Shown: positions 43,310 to 59,806 of the stretch, piece by piece
How the letters are laid out: each line of letters starts with the position of its first letter
Position numbering within the stretch: the stretch's first letter is position 1
Source: an uncultured Acidobacteriota bacterium
GTDB taxonomy: Bacteria > Acidobacteriota > Vicinamibacteria > Vicinamibacterales > 2-12-FULL-66-21
Reading direction: 5' to 3'
Length of the DNA stretch: 64,000 nucleotides
NCBI GenBank assembly: GCA_963836735.1
Contig: CAWIKP010000025.1
Location: 253,757-317,756 of the forward strand
The notes under the pieces: model-generated
What the model was told of the DNA's origin: nothing
The model's input: only the letters and a program-made list of their open reading frames with translations
Database searches by the model: none
Position numbers and translations under genes: made by a program

Positions 43310-44650
43310 ATGAAAACCGAATTCATCGACGTCAGCGACACCCAGAAGAACCTCGTCGTCGAGATCGACAGCACAGGTCGTCGATGCCGAGATCGACAAG
43401 GTGTCGCGCGACTACAGCAAGGCGGCGCGCATCCCCGGGTTCCGGCCGGGCAAGGTGCCGACGAAGGTCGTCCGCCAGCGCTTCCGCGATCAGATCCTCC
43501 ACGACGTCGCGCACGGGCTGATCCCGCGCGCGGTGGACGAGGCGCTGCGCGAGCGCGGCGTCGAGCCGGTCGATACGCCCGACATCAAGGACGTCGTCGT
43601 CGAGGAAGGCCAGCCGCTCAAGTTCACCGCGTCGTTCGAGACCGTGCCGCCGATCGAGCCGGGCGAGTACGCGAGCCTGACGGTCCACCGCCGGACAGCC
43701 GCGGGTCGAAGACGAGGCCGTCGAGCAGGCGCTCTCGCAGCTGCGCGAGCGGGCCGCGCGCTACGAGCCGGTCGAGGATCGCGGCGATCGAGCTCGGCGA
43801 TTCGGTGCTGATGGATCTGGTCCGCACGGCGGCCAAGAAGACCGAGGAGCCGCTGATCGTGATCCCCGGCCAGGAACGGCCGCAGCCGGAGACCGAGACC
43901 GACAAGCACGACAACGTCACCGTCGACATCGGCGCGCCCGGCCAATCCGCCGGGGTTCGACGAGGCGCTGATCGGCGTCAACGCCGGACGACGAGAAGAC
44001 GTTCGACGTGTCCTATCCGGAGGACTACACCATCAAGGAGCTCGCCGGGACGACGGTCCGGTACGACGTCGACGATCAAGGCGATCCGCAAGCGGGTGGT
44101 GCCGGAGCTGGACGACGAGTTCGCCAAGGACCTGGGCGAGTTCGACTCGCTCGACGCGCTGCGGACGCGGGTGCGCGCCGACCTCGAGCACGAGGCCAGC
44201 CACGAAGCGGAGCGCGAGATGCGCGCCGAGCTCCTGAAGCAGCTGTCGACCCGGGTGCAGTTCGACGTCCCGGCCTCGCTGCTCGACCGGGAGATCGATC
44301 GGCGGGTCGAGGAGTTCGTCCGCCGGCTGATGGAACAGCAGATCGATCCGATGCAGACCAACATCAACTGGGAGGAGTTCCGCGAGCGGCAGCGGGAAGG
44401 CGGCGGCCGAGTCGGTGAAGAGCGCGCTGGTGCTGGACGAAGTCGCGCGCCGCGAGAACGTGTCGGTCGTCGGACGCGGAGCTCGAGGCCGAGGTCAGCC
44501 GCTACGCCGAGCGCACCGGCCGGACCGCCGCGGCCGTGCGGGCCCGGCTGGAGAAGGAGGGGGGCCTGGGCCGGCTCTACACAGGTTTGCGCCGGGAGAA
44601 GACGGTGTCCTTCCTTCTTGTCCCGCGCAACTGGTATTGAACAGGGGTGA
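43310..44650 (+). CDS. tig: Trigger factor, with multiple frameshifts
   Basis: N-terminus [21 protein letters not shown]. Internal pieces in ORFs 43401-43811 and 44008-44418. C-terminus partly in ORF 44415-. Confidence 0.7.
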   Translation: MKTEFIDVSDTQKNLVVEIDSTGRRCRDRQGVARLQQGGAHPRVPAGQGADEGRPPALPRSDPPRRRARADPARGGRGAARARRRAGRYARHQGRRRRGRPAAQVHRVVRDRAADRAGRVREPDGPPPDSRGSKTRPSSRRSRSCASGPRATSRSRIAAIELGDSVLMDLVRTAAKKTEEPLIVIPGQERPQPETETDKHDNVTVDIGAPGQSAGVRRGADRRQRRTTRRRSTCPIRRTTPSRSSPGRRSGTTSTIKAIRKRVVPELDDEFAKDLGEFDSLDALRTRVRADLEHEASHEAEREMRAELLKQLSTRVQFDVPASLLDREIDRRVEEFVRRLMEQQIDPMQTNINWEEFRERQREGGGRVGEERAGAGRSRAPRERVGRRTRSSRPRSAATPSAPAGPPRPCGPGWRRRGAWAGSTQVCAGRRRCPSFLSRATGIEQG

Positions 44651-44771
44651 GGGCCCGATAACACCGGGAGGGCGGATCGTCCGGCGCCGGGACCGTGCTA
44701 CAATCATCGGACGTACGACCTCCCTCATCAGATCCCCAGCCCATTCACGTCAGAACGTTTCCGGACTGTTT

Positions 44772-45372
44772 ATGCAGGAACGCATGCAGCTCATCCCGAT
44801 GGTGGTCGAGCAGACCAACCGGGGCGAACGCGCTTACGACATCTTTTCGCGCCTGCTGAAGGACAGCATCATCTTCATCGGAACGCCGATCGACGATCAG
44901 ATCGCCAATCTCGTCATCGCCCAGATGCTGTTCCTCGAGGCCGAAGACCCGGACCGGGACATCCTGCTCTACATCAACAGCCCGGGAGGCGTGGTCACGG
45001 CCGGCATGGCCATCTACGACACGATGCAGTTCATCAAGCCGGACGTCGCAGACCAACTGCATCGGACAGGCGGCGTCGGTGGCGGCGGTCTTGCTAGCGG
45101 CCGGCGCCAAGGGCAAGCGGTATTCGCTGCCCAACTCGCGGATCCTGATCCATCAGCCGTGGGTCCAGGGCCTCGGCGGGCAGACGACCGACATCGATAT
45201 CCATGCCCGGGAACTGCTGCGGACGCGCGAGCGGCTGAACCAGATCCTGGCCCAGCACACCGGCCAGCCGCTCAAGCGTATCCAGGACGATACGGAGCGG
45301 GACTACATCATGGGACCCGACCAGGGCAAGGAATACGGTATTATTGATGACGTTATTCGTAAGCGGGCGTGA
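44772..45372 (+). CDS. clpP: ATP-dependent Clp protease proteolytic subunit, with one frameshift near 45050
   Basis: …[25 protein letters not shown]…. C-terminal half in ORF 45079-45372. Confidence 0.8.
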
Positions 45373-45466
45373 AGTTTCCAGCTTCCAGCTTCCAGCCTCC
45401 GCCATCGGGGCTGACGTCGCCGGGCGAGCCCGGCGCTGGTAGCTGGATAGCCAGGGATCACTAACC

Positions 45467-46719
<1,253 letters not shown>

Positions 46720-46846
46720 GCGCAGTTCCAGCTGCCAGCTTGCCAGTGCCAGATTCCCGCATTCGCGAGTCGGCTCGGCAGCTCGGAATCCTAGCCAGAT
46801 CAGCGCAGTTTGACCTGGCAAGTTGGCACTGGCAAGCTACTTAATC

Positions 46847-49237
<2,391 letters not shown>

Positions 49238-49349
49238 CACTTCCGCTGGGCTCGGGGCTCGGGACTCGGGGGTTCGGAAGACTCAACGGCCGACTGGGGT
49301 TCGTCGGATCTCGCGAGCCCGCCGAGTCCCGAACCCCGACGAGTCAAGT

Positions 49350-49988
49350 TTGAAAGTCATATCCGCCGAGTTCGTCACGAGCGCCGCTGCCGGTGGCGAG
49401 CGACAGGGCATTCCCCGCGACGGCCTGCCGCAGATCGCGATGACCGGGCGATCGAACGTCGGCAAATCGACACTGCTCAACGCGCTGTGCCGGTCGAAGG
49501 TGGCCCGCACCAGCGCCGCGCCAGGCAAGACGCGGCTGGCGAACATTTACCGGGTCACGGTCGAAGGCGGCGGGCCGGGCAAGTGGAGCCTGTATCTGGT
49601 GGACCTGCCCGGGATACGGCTACGCGAGGGGCGGGGCGACGCGGCGGAGGAGCTGAGGGCCGTGGCCGAGGCGTATTTCTGGCTCGGGACTCGGGGCCGA
49701 GCGATCGGTCGAGGGGCCGCGTCCCGACACGCGCTTACTTCTGGTGGACAGCCGCCACCCCGGCCTCGAATCGGACATTCAGGCGGCTCACTGGTTGACC
49801 GCGATGCACGTGGACTTCCGCGTCGTCGCGACGAAGATAGACAAACTGTCGCGCACCGAGCGCGCGCGCAACTTGAAGGCGCTCGAACTTACTTTTGGCA
49901 TGGCCGCGCTGCCGGTTTCGGCGGCAAGCGGCGAAGGAATGGAAACACTGTGGAAAACGATCGCCAGCCTGGCCAGAACCGGTCACGC

Positions 49989-49992
<4 letters not shown>
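49350..49992 (+). CDS. engB: Ribosome biogenesis GTPase EngB/YihA, frameshifted
   Basis: G1 [10 protein letters not shown]-terminal part in ORF 49744-49992. Its TGA overlaps the rho ATG (ATGA). Confidence 0.7.
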
Positions 49993-51491
<1,499 letters not shown>

Positions 51492-51529
51492 GATCGCGGG
51501 CTCGCGGTTCGCAGGGTCGCGGGATCGCA

Positions 51530-51567
51530 AAGCCGCCGGGGTGAAACCCCGGCGGCTTTCTTGTTTC
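51530..51567 (+). terminator. Intrinsic terminator downstream of rho
   Basis: GCCGCCGGGG-tgaaa-CCCCGGCGGC followed by TTTCTTGTTT. Confidence 0.6.
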
Positions 51568-51620
51568 GTGTGGCCTTCCCTCTTGAGATATCGAGCCCGC
51601 GAACCCGCGAGCCCGCGACC

Positions 51621-54600
51621 TCAGAATCTGAACTTCGCCGCGAACTGGAAGTTCCTCTGCGGATCGGCGTTGCCGTACGCGGTAGCCGTGATCCGCCCCG
51701 CATCCGGGTTGTTGTTCCCCGGCACGCCCACTTCCCCGTTCGGGTTCCCCAGGTTGACGTGATTGAACAGGTTGACGACCTCGACCCGGAACTCGAAGTT
51801 TCGATCCGCGCCGAGCGGGATGTGCTTGAAGAACGAGGCGTCGGTCCGCCAGTAGCCCGGGCCGCGGAGGTCATTGCGCGGGAGGTTCCCGAAGGTGCCG
51901 CGTGCCGGCCGGCCGAATGCGCTCCCGCTCGAGCCGATCGGGATCGCGTTGAACCATTGATCCCGTGTCCCCGGCCCGGACGGGTCCCCAATCAGGTCGG
52001 GCCGGTTGGGACCAGTGTCCCGATCCGCCCCGGCGTCACGATAGGTCACGTTGAACGGCAGGCCGCTCTGGATGATGGTGTTCGTGTTGAACTGCCAGCC
52101 GCCGAAGATGCCTTCCATCACCGGTGACCAGTCCGACGCGTAGGCCCGTCCCCGCCCGAACGGCAACTCCGCCACCAGCGAGAAGACGAAGCTGTGGACA
52201 CGATCCCAGTCCGGCGGCCCAAACTCCAAATCGCTGTTGTACAGGCCCTGATGCTCGGGCAGATCGGTTTCGAACTGGTCGCCACCGTGCTGCCGCGGCC
52301 CGCTGCAGCGTGTAGTTCACATTGGCGGAATAGCCCTGCGCGAACCGTTTGGTCAGCTTCGCCTGCAGCGAGTCGTAGGAGTTGGTGGCGCAGTTGCAGA
52401 AGTAGTCGATGCCCTGCGTCCAGCCGAACTTGTTGAAGAACGGCTTCCGGTTGTTCTGCGGGACGCCCTGGGCGAAGCCGTTGAGCGACGCCTGGTTGAT
52501 GTTGATCGCCGGCCCGTCGCCTGCGAACACGTCGCGTCCCCGGTTGCCCACGTAGCCGGCCTCGATCGACATCGTCGGCGTGAGCTGGTGCTGGACCGTG
52601 ACGTTGAACGCGTCGACCGTCGGCGGCCGCTGAGTCGTTGGCAGCGCCCGCGCGAACACGCCGTCCGGCAGAGGGAAGCGGCCCGACGACGGCACCGTTG
52701 GGAAGGTCGGCGCCGGCGGGCCGGAGGCCAGCGTGAACACGCGATCGAAGTTCGACGGCGCGTTCAGCTCCTGCACCGCGAGGACCGGCAGGTTCTGCGT
52801 GACGCTGTGCCCGAAGAGCGATCCGAACACGCCGATGTCGTAGACGCGGCCATACCCGCCGCGCAGGACGGTCTTCTCCGTGATCTGGTAGGTCGCGCCG
52901 AGCCGCGGCGCCCAGTTCAACTTGTTCTCGACTCCCCCGTTCAGCGGGATGTCACCGACGCCGACTACGCCGATTTCCCCGGTGTTCAGATCGAGGAACC
53001 CGGCGTTCCCGGCATCGTTGATCGACTGCGGGTTGATGATGTCGAGCCGTAACCCGTAGTTGATCGTCGCCTTGTTGTTCACGCGCCAGGTGTCCTGCGC
53101 ATAGTAGAAGTGGCGCCACTGGAGCTCGCGCGCGTCGGTGTTGGCGCTGACGTAGCGGCGCAGCCGCGTCACGTCGCCGATCAGGAATGTCGCCAGCCCG
53201 AGGCCGCCCGCGCCGTTGAGCGACGTGCGGTCGCTCGCAAACGTCAGTTCGCCCGAGCGGTGCGCATCGCTCGGCACGCGCAGGTTGTAGGCACGCCTGA
53301 CGTCAATGCCGAACTTGAAGCTGTGATTTCCGTATAGCTTGGTCAGGTTGCCGACCATCTGCCACTGCTTCTCGTTCTGGTCCAGCGGGCAGTTGCACCG
53401 GTTGACGCCGAGCCCCGATCCGAACTCGAAGGCGCCGGGCTCGGTCGAGTTGTCGCCGTCGATGAAGCCGGCAGGCAGCCCGGACGCGAACGTGTTGTCG
53501 ATGTTCAGCCCGGGAATCCCCGCGTCGGCCGCCGGCGTGGTTCCGAAGTCGAACGGCAGCACGTTTACCTTGTAGTGGAAGAACCCGAACCGGAAGTCCG
53601 CGAGCATCGTCGGCGAGATGGTGTAGTCCATGCCGTAGGCGAGGCTGTGATTGCGGACGTCCGAGACGCCGCCAAGGCTCACCAGTTCCTGCCCGCCGCC
53701 CTGTCCGAACGACGTCGGCCCGTCCCTGAAGAAGTCGCCGAGGCTGTAGCGGCCGAAGATGTTGAGTTTGTCGCCCAGCCGGCCGTCGATGCGGACGTTG
53801 ATCGAGTTCTCCTCGAACGATTCCGATGCCGATGCGACGTAGTTATCTCGCGGGTTGTTCTCGCGGCCCTGCGCATTCGGCCTCGGGATCAGGTCGAGGA
53901 TGCGCTGCGCCTGCGCCGAGAGCCGGCCCTGCGGGATCCGGTTGCCAGGGAACTGGGCCCCGGTCTGCGGATCGTAAATGTTCACGCCGTACGCGCTCAG
54001 GTCCCCGCCGCGGGCAGCCGCCGTCGGCACGGTCAGCAGGCGCGAACCACCCTGCGTCGCGCGCGTGCCCTGGTAGTCGCCGAAGAAGAACCACTGGTTC
54101 TGTCACGATCGGGCCGCCTACCGACCCGCCGAACTGATTGCGCTTGGTCTCGGGAAGGAACCGGCCGGTCAGCGGGTCGGCCTGGAACTGCGTGAACGGG
54201 TTGCGCGCCTGCAGCGCGTCGTTCTGGAAGAATTCGAAGGCGCTGCCGCGAAGCGAGTTGCCGCCCGGACCGCGTCTGGACCGACACGACTCCCGCGACC
54301 GCGAGGCCGAACTCGGCATCGTAGTTCTGAGAGGTGATCTTGGTCTCGCCGATCGATTCCAGCGTGGGATTGATGACGATGATGCCGAGGATGGGGTCGC
54401 GATTCTCGGTTCCGTCGAGTTGATAGTTGGTGCCGCTGAAATGCTGGCCGTTCACCATCGTCTGAGTGGAGCCCTGCGGATTCTCGCTCGCCGCATGCTG
54501 CCACTGGAGCTGCTGGGTGCCTGGCGTCAGCAGCAGGAACTTGGTGAAGTTGCGATCGAGCACGGGCAGATCCGTGAGCTGCCGCGCGTCGAAGCGGGTG

Positions 54601-55034
54601 GCGACGTCGGCCCGGTCGGTCGTGAGCAGCGTGGCGCCGCCAGTGACGGTCACTTCTTCGGTCAGCTGGCCAACCTGGAGAACGAATTCCACGGGGGTCT
54701 GCGAATCGACGCCGACTTCGACCCGCTGCACGACTGCGGCCTTGAATCCCGTGAGCTCGGCCTGGACCTTGTACGCGCCGGGGAGCAGCCGCTCTTTGAG
54801 GAAGAGACCGTTTTCGTTGGTCACCACCGTGTCGGTGGTCTGTCGCGTGAGGCTGGTGATATTGACGGTGACGCCCGGCAGCGCTCCGCCGCTGGGATCT
54901 CTCACCGTGCCGCCGATGCTGCCGTAGACCGCTTGCGCGCTGACTGAGGACGGAAGAACTACGAGCGCGAAGAGGAGGAGGAGGAGTGAGCCCGCGCCCA
55001 AAACTGCGCGGGCACGGACACGGACAACTGCCAT
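51621..55034 (-). CDS. TonB-dependent outer-membrane receptor with an N-terminal CarboxypepD_reg-like domain, carrying several frameshifts
   Basis: Signal peptide. CarboxypepD_reg (…GSIGGTVRDPSGGALPGVTVNI…). Plug and barrel fragments in ORFs 54033-55115, 53843-54319, 52036-54030 and 51621-52229. Terminal …FRF. Confidence 0.7.
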
Positions 55035-55200
55035 GACGGGCCCTCCAATCAATCCGACGCCGACGAGTCGTCCCTCAACATATGGACCCGTCACACCAGC
55101 GTCAAGCGGATTCATGGTCCAAGTGCGCGCTTCGTCACACCTGATTGGGAGGTCGTTCGGTTTCGGATGAGGTGGATCGCCAAGCTCGGCGTCAGCAACA

Positions 55201-57093
55201 TCACCGCTGAAGAATCGCGTGGGCGTCTTGAACCGGTTCCGTGATGGTGATGAGCTGGCTGGCGGCGACTGACGTCAGGATCTGCGTGGCGCCGTTCGGC
55301 CAGCGGATCTCGATGCGATCCGCGGCCGTCGCCGCACCAAGACCGAAATGGAGGCGGAGATCATCGTGTGAGTAGTAGCTGGCCTGGCTCACGACGGTAC
55401 GCGATTGCCGGACTCCCCCAGCCGTCACCATCACGAGCGCACCGATGGCCGCGCGATTCGATCGCGTACCGATGAGCCGGATCGACAGCCAGCGATTCGG
55501 ACCCTTGTAGTCGTTGCGGAGCAGCGACGGTCGCTCGTTCATGTTCATCACGAGCACGTCCTCGTCGCCGTCGTTGTCGAAGTCGCCGAAGGCGGCGCCG
55601 CGGCTCGAGCGCGGGTCGGTGGCGCCACCGGCTGCGCCTGTCGCATCGACAAACCGTCCTTGTCCGGTGTTCCTGAAGATCATCCGCGGCCCCCGGTGCG
55701 GGTACTGCGGCAGCGTTCGCTCGACTTCCGGGTACACGTGTCCGGTGACGTACACCACATCCGCCCGCCCGTCGTTGTCGAGGTCGGGCAAGCCAGCGCC
55801 CCATTCGACGTACCGGTTCTGAACGCCGAGGCCCGCCGCGGTTGCGACATCCTCGAAGAGACCGCGGCCGAGCGCCTGATACAACGCCGGGATGTCATCG
55901 GCGAAGTGCGTCTTGAGCAGGTCGAGGCGTCCATCGTTGTTGACATCGCCAACGGCCAGGCCCATCCCGGCCTGCGGGCTGCCCTGCTCGCTGAACGCCA
56001 TGCCGCTCCGGAGCGCCTCGTCTGAGAACGTGCCGTCACGGTTGTTGCGATAGAAGATGGCCGCCGTGGAATCCGACGCGACGTAGATATCTGGCCATCC
56101 GTCCTCGTCCAGATCGGTTGCGACGGCCGTCATCGGGTAGCGCGCGGTGACCTTCGCGATGCCCGACGCGCCGGACACGTCCTCGAACGTGCCGTTACCA
56201 CGATTGCGATAGAACTGGCTGGTGTCGGTCGGCAGTCCCTTGGGCCCGCAGTTGACGGGTATTCCCTTCCACACGCAGTTGGCCCCCTGCCCGGGTTCCG
56301 GCGCTGACGCGGGATCGAATTTCAGATAGTTCGCGACGAACAGGTCGACATCCCCGTCGCGGTCGTAGTCGAGGAAACTGCAGCCCGACCCCCATCGCTC
56401 GTCGGAACGCTCGAGCCCCGCGGCCCTGGTCACGTCCTCGAAACGCTCGCCCCGGTGATTGCGATAGAGCGTGTTGTGGCCGAAATAGGTCACGAACAGA
56501 TCGAGCCAGCCATCGTTGTCGTAGTCGGCGGCACACACGCTCGAGGCCCAACCCACGCGATCGAGCCCCACCCTCGCGGTCACGTCTTCGAAGGTGCCGT
56601 CATGGCGGTTCCGGTAGAGCCGGCTGGTGGGCCGCTCCGCCGCTGACCAGCTCCTCTCGCGACGGCTTCCCTCCTCGAACCTGGTCCCGCTCAACACCAG
56701 CGCGTCGAGCCAGCCGTCGCCGTCGTAGTCGACAAACCCGGTTCCGCAGCCATTGGTCTCGAGGATGAATCGCTTGCGGTCGAGTCCGCCGTAGATGGTC
56801 GGGTGCGTGAGCCCGGCGCTCTCGGCGACATCGGTGAACCGGACTGGCCAGGAGACATCAGGGGACTGGCCGGCCACGATCGTTGCGACAGCGAGGGCGC
56901 AGATGGAGACAGAGAGTGTCGTGGCTTGCGTCTTCAGGCGGAAGTTGACCGCCGCCCGCAGCCTTCCGGCTAAAGCCGGAAGCCACGAGAGCCGATGTGT
57001 GGCTTCCGCCTTCCGCCTTCGCGCGAAGCGCTCCGGCGGACCGCCATAGCCTTGGCGAAGGCTGGTTAGGCGGAAGAATTGCGCCGCCATCAT
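55201..57093 (-). CDS. FG-GAP/VCBS-repeat plus ASPIC/UnbV-domain secreted protein (CRTAC1-like)
   Basis: Repeated DxDxDGxxD calcium-binding FG-GAP motifs. C-terminal UnbV_ASPIC-like region. ATG overlaps the upstream stop (ATGATGA). Confidence 0.8.
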   Translation of the reverse strand: MMAAQFFRLTSLRQGYGGPPERFARRRKAEATHRLSWLPALAGRLRAAVNFRLKTQATTLSVSICALAVATIVAGQSPDVSWPVRFTDVAESAGLTHPTIYGGLDRKRFILETNGCGTGFVDYDGDGWLDALVLSGTRFEEGSRRERSWSAAERPTSRLYRNRHDGTFEDVTARVGLDRVGWASSVCAADYDNDGWLDLFVTYFGHNTLYRNHRGERFEDVTRAAGLERSDERWGSGCSFLDYDRDGDVDLFVANYLKFDPASAPEPGQGANCVWKGIPVNCGPKGLPTDTSQFYRNRGNGTFEDVSGASGIAKVTARYPMTAVATDLDEDGWPDIYVASDSTAAIFYRNNRDGTFSDEALRSGMAFSEQGSPQAGMGLAVGDVNNDGRLDLLKTHFADDIPALYQALGRGLFEDVATAAGLGVQNRYVEWGAGLPDLDNDGRADVVYVTGHVYPEVERTLPQYPHRGPRMIFRNTGQGRFVDATGAAGGATDPRSSRGAAFGDFDNDGDEDVLVMNMNERPSLLRNDYKGPNRWLSIRLIGTRSNRAAIGALVMVTAGGVRQSRTVVSQASYYSHDDLRLHFGLGAATAADRIEIRWPNGATQILTSVAASQLITITEPVQDAHAILQR

Positions 57094-58082
57094 CGATCGC
57101 GAGGGCTCTTCAGCCGTTCGGCGATCTCGAACTCGCGTTTGGCTTCCTCTTCACGGCCGGCCTGCTGCAGCAGCTGCGCGAGGAGATAGTGCGCGGTGCG
57201 ATTGTTCGGGTCGAACTGGATGGCCCGGCGCAACATGCCTTCGGCAACCGCGGGCTGCGCCTTCTTCACGTAGGTCCGGCCGAGCAGGATGTAGGGCGCG
57301 CTGTAGTACGGATTGAGCCAGATCGATTTCTGCAGCGCGGCGATCGCTTCGTCCCACTTCGATTGGCGCACGTACGCATCGCCGAGCTGCGAAAGGGCCA
57401 TGGCATTGGCCGGACTGATCGCGAGCTCGCGCTGGGTGAGCGAGACCGCCTCCGGCAGCCTTCCGCGGAAGAGCGCGATCTGCCCGAGCAGCAGGTTGGC
57501 GCCTGGAAGCCGGGCGTCCTTTTCGACCGCTTTCGTCAATTCGACTTCTGCCTGAGGCTCCATCTCGAGCCGGATCATCAGCTGGGCGGCCAGAAGATGC
57601 GCGGCCGCCGAATCGGGTGGAACGCTGTAGATGGAGGCAACGGTCGCGCGCGCCGAGTCCGGCCGCTGGGTTTGGATGTAAGCCTGCGCCAGGGCATACC
57701 CGAGCTCCTGGTTGTCGGGTGCCCATCGCCGGGTCGCTTCCAGCCGCGGGACTGCCTCGGCGAATTTTCCGATGACGACCGCCGCGAGCCCGAGTACCTG
57801 CTCGCCTTCGCGGCGTGCCAGCGAGTCGGCGGGCAGGCGATCGACAACTGGCGCCAGCAGCTCGACTGCCTTCGCGGGCTCGTCGGCGTGATACCAGGCG
57901 ACGCCCAGGAGCAGATCGATTTGCGGCTGCAGCGCCACGTCGGCGCCCGCCTTCAGGGACTGGAGTTGTTCGATGGCCTTGCGCGATTGCCCGTCGTTGA
58001 TGAGGCGGCGCGCCTCCGAGAGAGCGCTGTCACCGGCCTGAGACAGGCAGAGCGCCAGCAGCAGCGACAGCGTGCCGATCAC
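57090..58082 (-). CDS. TPR-repeat protein (secreted/periplasmic)
   Basis: Approximately 8 TPR units. The probable GTG start at about 58082 overlaps the stop of the gene above (GTGA). The ORF-track start at 58187 would overlap the neighbouring gene by 108 nt. Confidence 0.65.
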   Translation of the reverse strand: MIGTLSLLLALCLSQAGDSALSEARRLINDGQSRKAIEQLQSLKAGADVALQPQIDLLLGVAWYHADEPAKAVELLAPVVDRLPADSLARREGEQVLGLAAVVIGKFAEAVPRLEATRRWAPDNQELGYALAQAYIQTQRPDSARATVASIYSVPPDSAAAHLLAAQLMIRLEMEPQAEVELTKAVEKDARLPGANLLLGQIALFRGRLPEAVSLTQRELAISPANAMALSQLGDAYVRQSKWDEAIAALQKSIWLNPYYSAPYILLGRTYVKKAQPAVAEGMLRRAIQFDPNNRTAHYLLAQLLQQAGREEEAKREFEIAERLKSPRDR

Positions 58083-59806
58083 GGCCCGCCCGTCTTGGCG
58101 GGCAGCGGCCGGCCCGTACCCTCGGTCAGCGTGACGATCCGGTTCGGCTCGACTCCGGTCCACACTTCGACGTTCCCGTTCGGCCACCGGACCTCGACCC
58201 GGTCGATGGTCTTTGCCGATCCAAGACCGAAATGCTGCCGCAGGTCGTTCTGCGAGTAGTAGCTGCCGCCGCCGCGCACCTCGCTCACCTGCGTGACCCC
58301 GCCGGCGCTCAAGACGACGCGCGCGCCGATGGCGCTGCGGTTGGACTGAACGCCGACGAGCCGCAGCGCCGACCAGCTCCGGGGCCCCCGCTGATCGAGG
58401 CGATAGAGCTCGGGCGTGTCGTGCACGTTGTTCACGAGGACATCGACGTCACCGTCGTTGTCGAGATCGGCAAAGGCCGCACCGCGACCGGCCTTGGGCA
58501 CGGTGACAGGTGGACCAAGCTGCTCGGTCACGTCGTCGAACCGGCCGTCGCCGCGATTGCGATACACGACCTTGCGCTGTTTGTACCCGGCCTCGGTCTT
58601 GACCTGATCCACTTCGGGGTAGACATGCCCGTTCACCAGGAAGAGATCCTGCCAGCCGTCGAGATCCAGATCCAGGAACGAGACGGCCCATCCCAGCCAG
58701 CGCGTGTTGCGCCCGAAGCCGCTCGCAAAGGTGCGGTCCTCGCACAGGCCGTTTCCGTTGTTCGCGTAGAGCGTCGACGTGTCGCCGGCAAAGTTGGTCT
58801 TGAAGATGTCCATCCTGCCGTCGTGGTTGTAGTCGCCAATGGCGACGCCCATCCCCGCCTGCGGCTTGCCGTCCTGGCTGTAGGCACAGCCCGCGGTCAC
58901 GCCGATGTCGGTGAACGTGCCGTCGCGATTGTTCCGATAGAGCGCGCTCGGATTCGAATCGTTGGCCACGTAGAGATCCACCCACCCGTCGTCGTCGAAG
59001 TCGAGCGTGCTCACGCCGAGCGCGTAGGTCCCGTTTGCGCGGGCGATGCCGGACGCGACGGAGACGTCGGCGAACGTGCCGTCGCCCTGATTGCGGTAGA
59101 GGATGTTCTTGCCGCCGGGCAGGCCCGGCGGGCCGCAGGCGACGGGCAGTCCCTTGTAGCGGCACAGCCCGGACTCGGGCACCGGCGCCGACGCGAGATC
59201 GAGATCAATGTAGTTGGCCGCGAAGATATCGAGGCGGCCGTTACGGTCGTAGTCGAAGAACGCGCAGCCGGCCCCCCAGCGCGAGCGCACGGTGTCGAGC
59301 CCCGCCCGTTTGGTGACGTCGTCGAAGGTCCCGTCGCCGCGGTTGCGGAACAGGCGGTTGGTCCCGAAGAACGTGACGAACAGGTCCTCGTTCCCGTCGT
59401 TGTCGTAATCGCCCGCGCAGGCGCCCTGTCCCCATCCTGTGAGGGCGAGGCCTGCCTTCGCCGTCACGTCCTCGAACGTGCCATCCTGCTTGTTGCGGTA
59501 CATGTGGCTGGTCGGTTCCTGGCCCTTGGGGAAACCCTCGAGCGTGGTCCCATTGACGACGAAGACGTCGAGCCAGCCGTCGTTGTCGTAGTCGAACGCG
59601 GCGGTTCCGCTGCCGGTGGTCTCGAGCAGGTAGCGATTGGTCTTCATTCCGCCGTACACCGTGACGGCGGTCAGCCCGGCCCGTGCGCCGACTTCGGTGA
59701 AGGAGAACGTGAGGGGCGCCGGCTGCCGGCCGTCGACCCGGGTCAGCGCCGATGCGGCGGCGACCAGCGTGGCCGCGAGCGCATACCCTCGGATCGATCC
59801 ACTCAC
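58079..59806 (-). CDS. FG-GAP/VCBS-repeat plus ASPIC/UnbV-domain secreted protein (paralogue)
   Basis: Same architecture as 55201-57093. Signal-like N-terminus. Start overlaps the upstream TPR stop by 4 nt. Confidence 0.8.
   Translation of the reverse strand: MSGSIRGYALAATLVAAASALTRVDGRQPAPLTFSFTEVGARAGLTAVTVYGGMKTNRYLLETTGSGTAAFDYDNDGWLDVFVVNGTTLEGFPKGQEPTSHMYRNKQDGTFEDVTAKAGLALTGWGQGACAGDYDNDGNEDLFVTFFGTNRLFRNRGDGTFDDVTKRAGLDTVRSRWGAGCAFFDYDRNGRLDIFAANYIDLDLASAPVPESGLCRYKGLPVACGPPGLPGGKNILYRNQGDGTFADVSVASGIARANGTYALGVSTLDFDDDGWVDLYVANDSNPSALYRNNRDGTFTDIGVTAGCAYSQDGKPQAGMGVAIGDYNHDGRMDIFKTNFAGDTSTLYANNGNGLCEDRTFASGFGRNTRWLGWAVSFLDLDLDGWQDLFLVNGHVYPEVDQVKTEAGYKQRKVVYRNRGDGRFDDVTEQLGPPVTVPKAGRGAAFADLDNDGDVDVLVNNVHDTPELYRLDQRGPRSWSALRLVGVQSNRSAIGARVVLSAGGVTQVSEVRGGGSYYSQNDLRQHFGLGSAKTIDRVEVRWPNGNVEVWTGVEPNRIVTLTEGTGRPLPAKTGGP

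Noticed and set aside
46727-46836. CIRCE/HrcA heat-shock operator upstream of lon
   Set aside because: The inverted repeat is CCAGCTTGCCAGTGCCAG-type. It does not match the TTAGCACTC-N9-GAGTGCTAA consensus.
57090-58187. ORF-track start of the TPR gene at 58187
   Set aside because: It would overlap the upstream UnbV gene by 108 nt. A GTG at about 58082 gives a signal-peptide-like N-terminus and a 4-nt coupling overlap instead.
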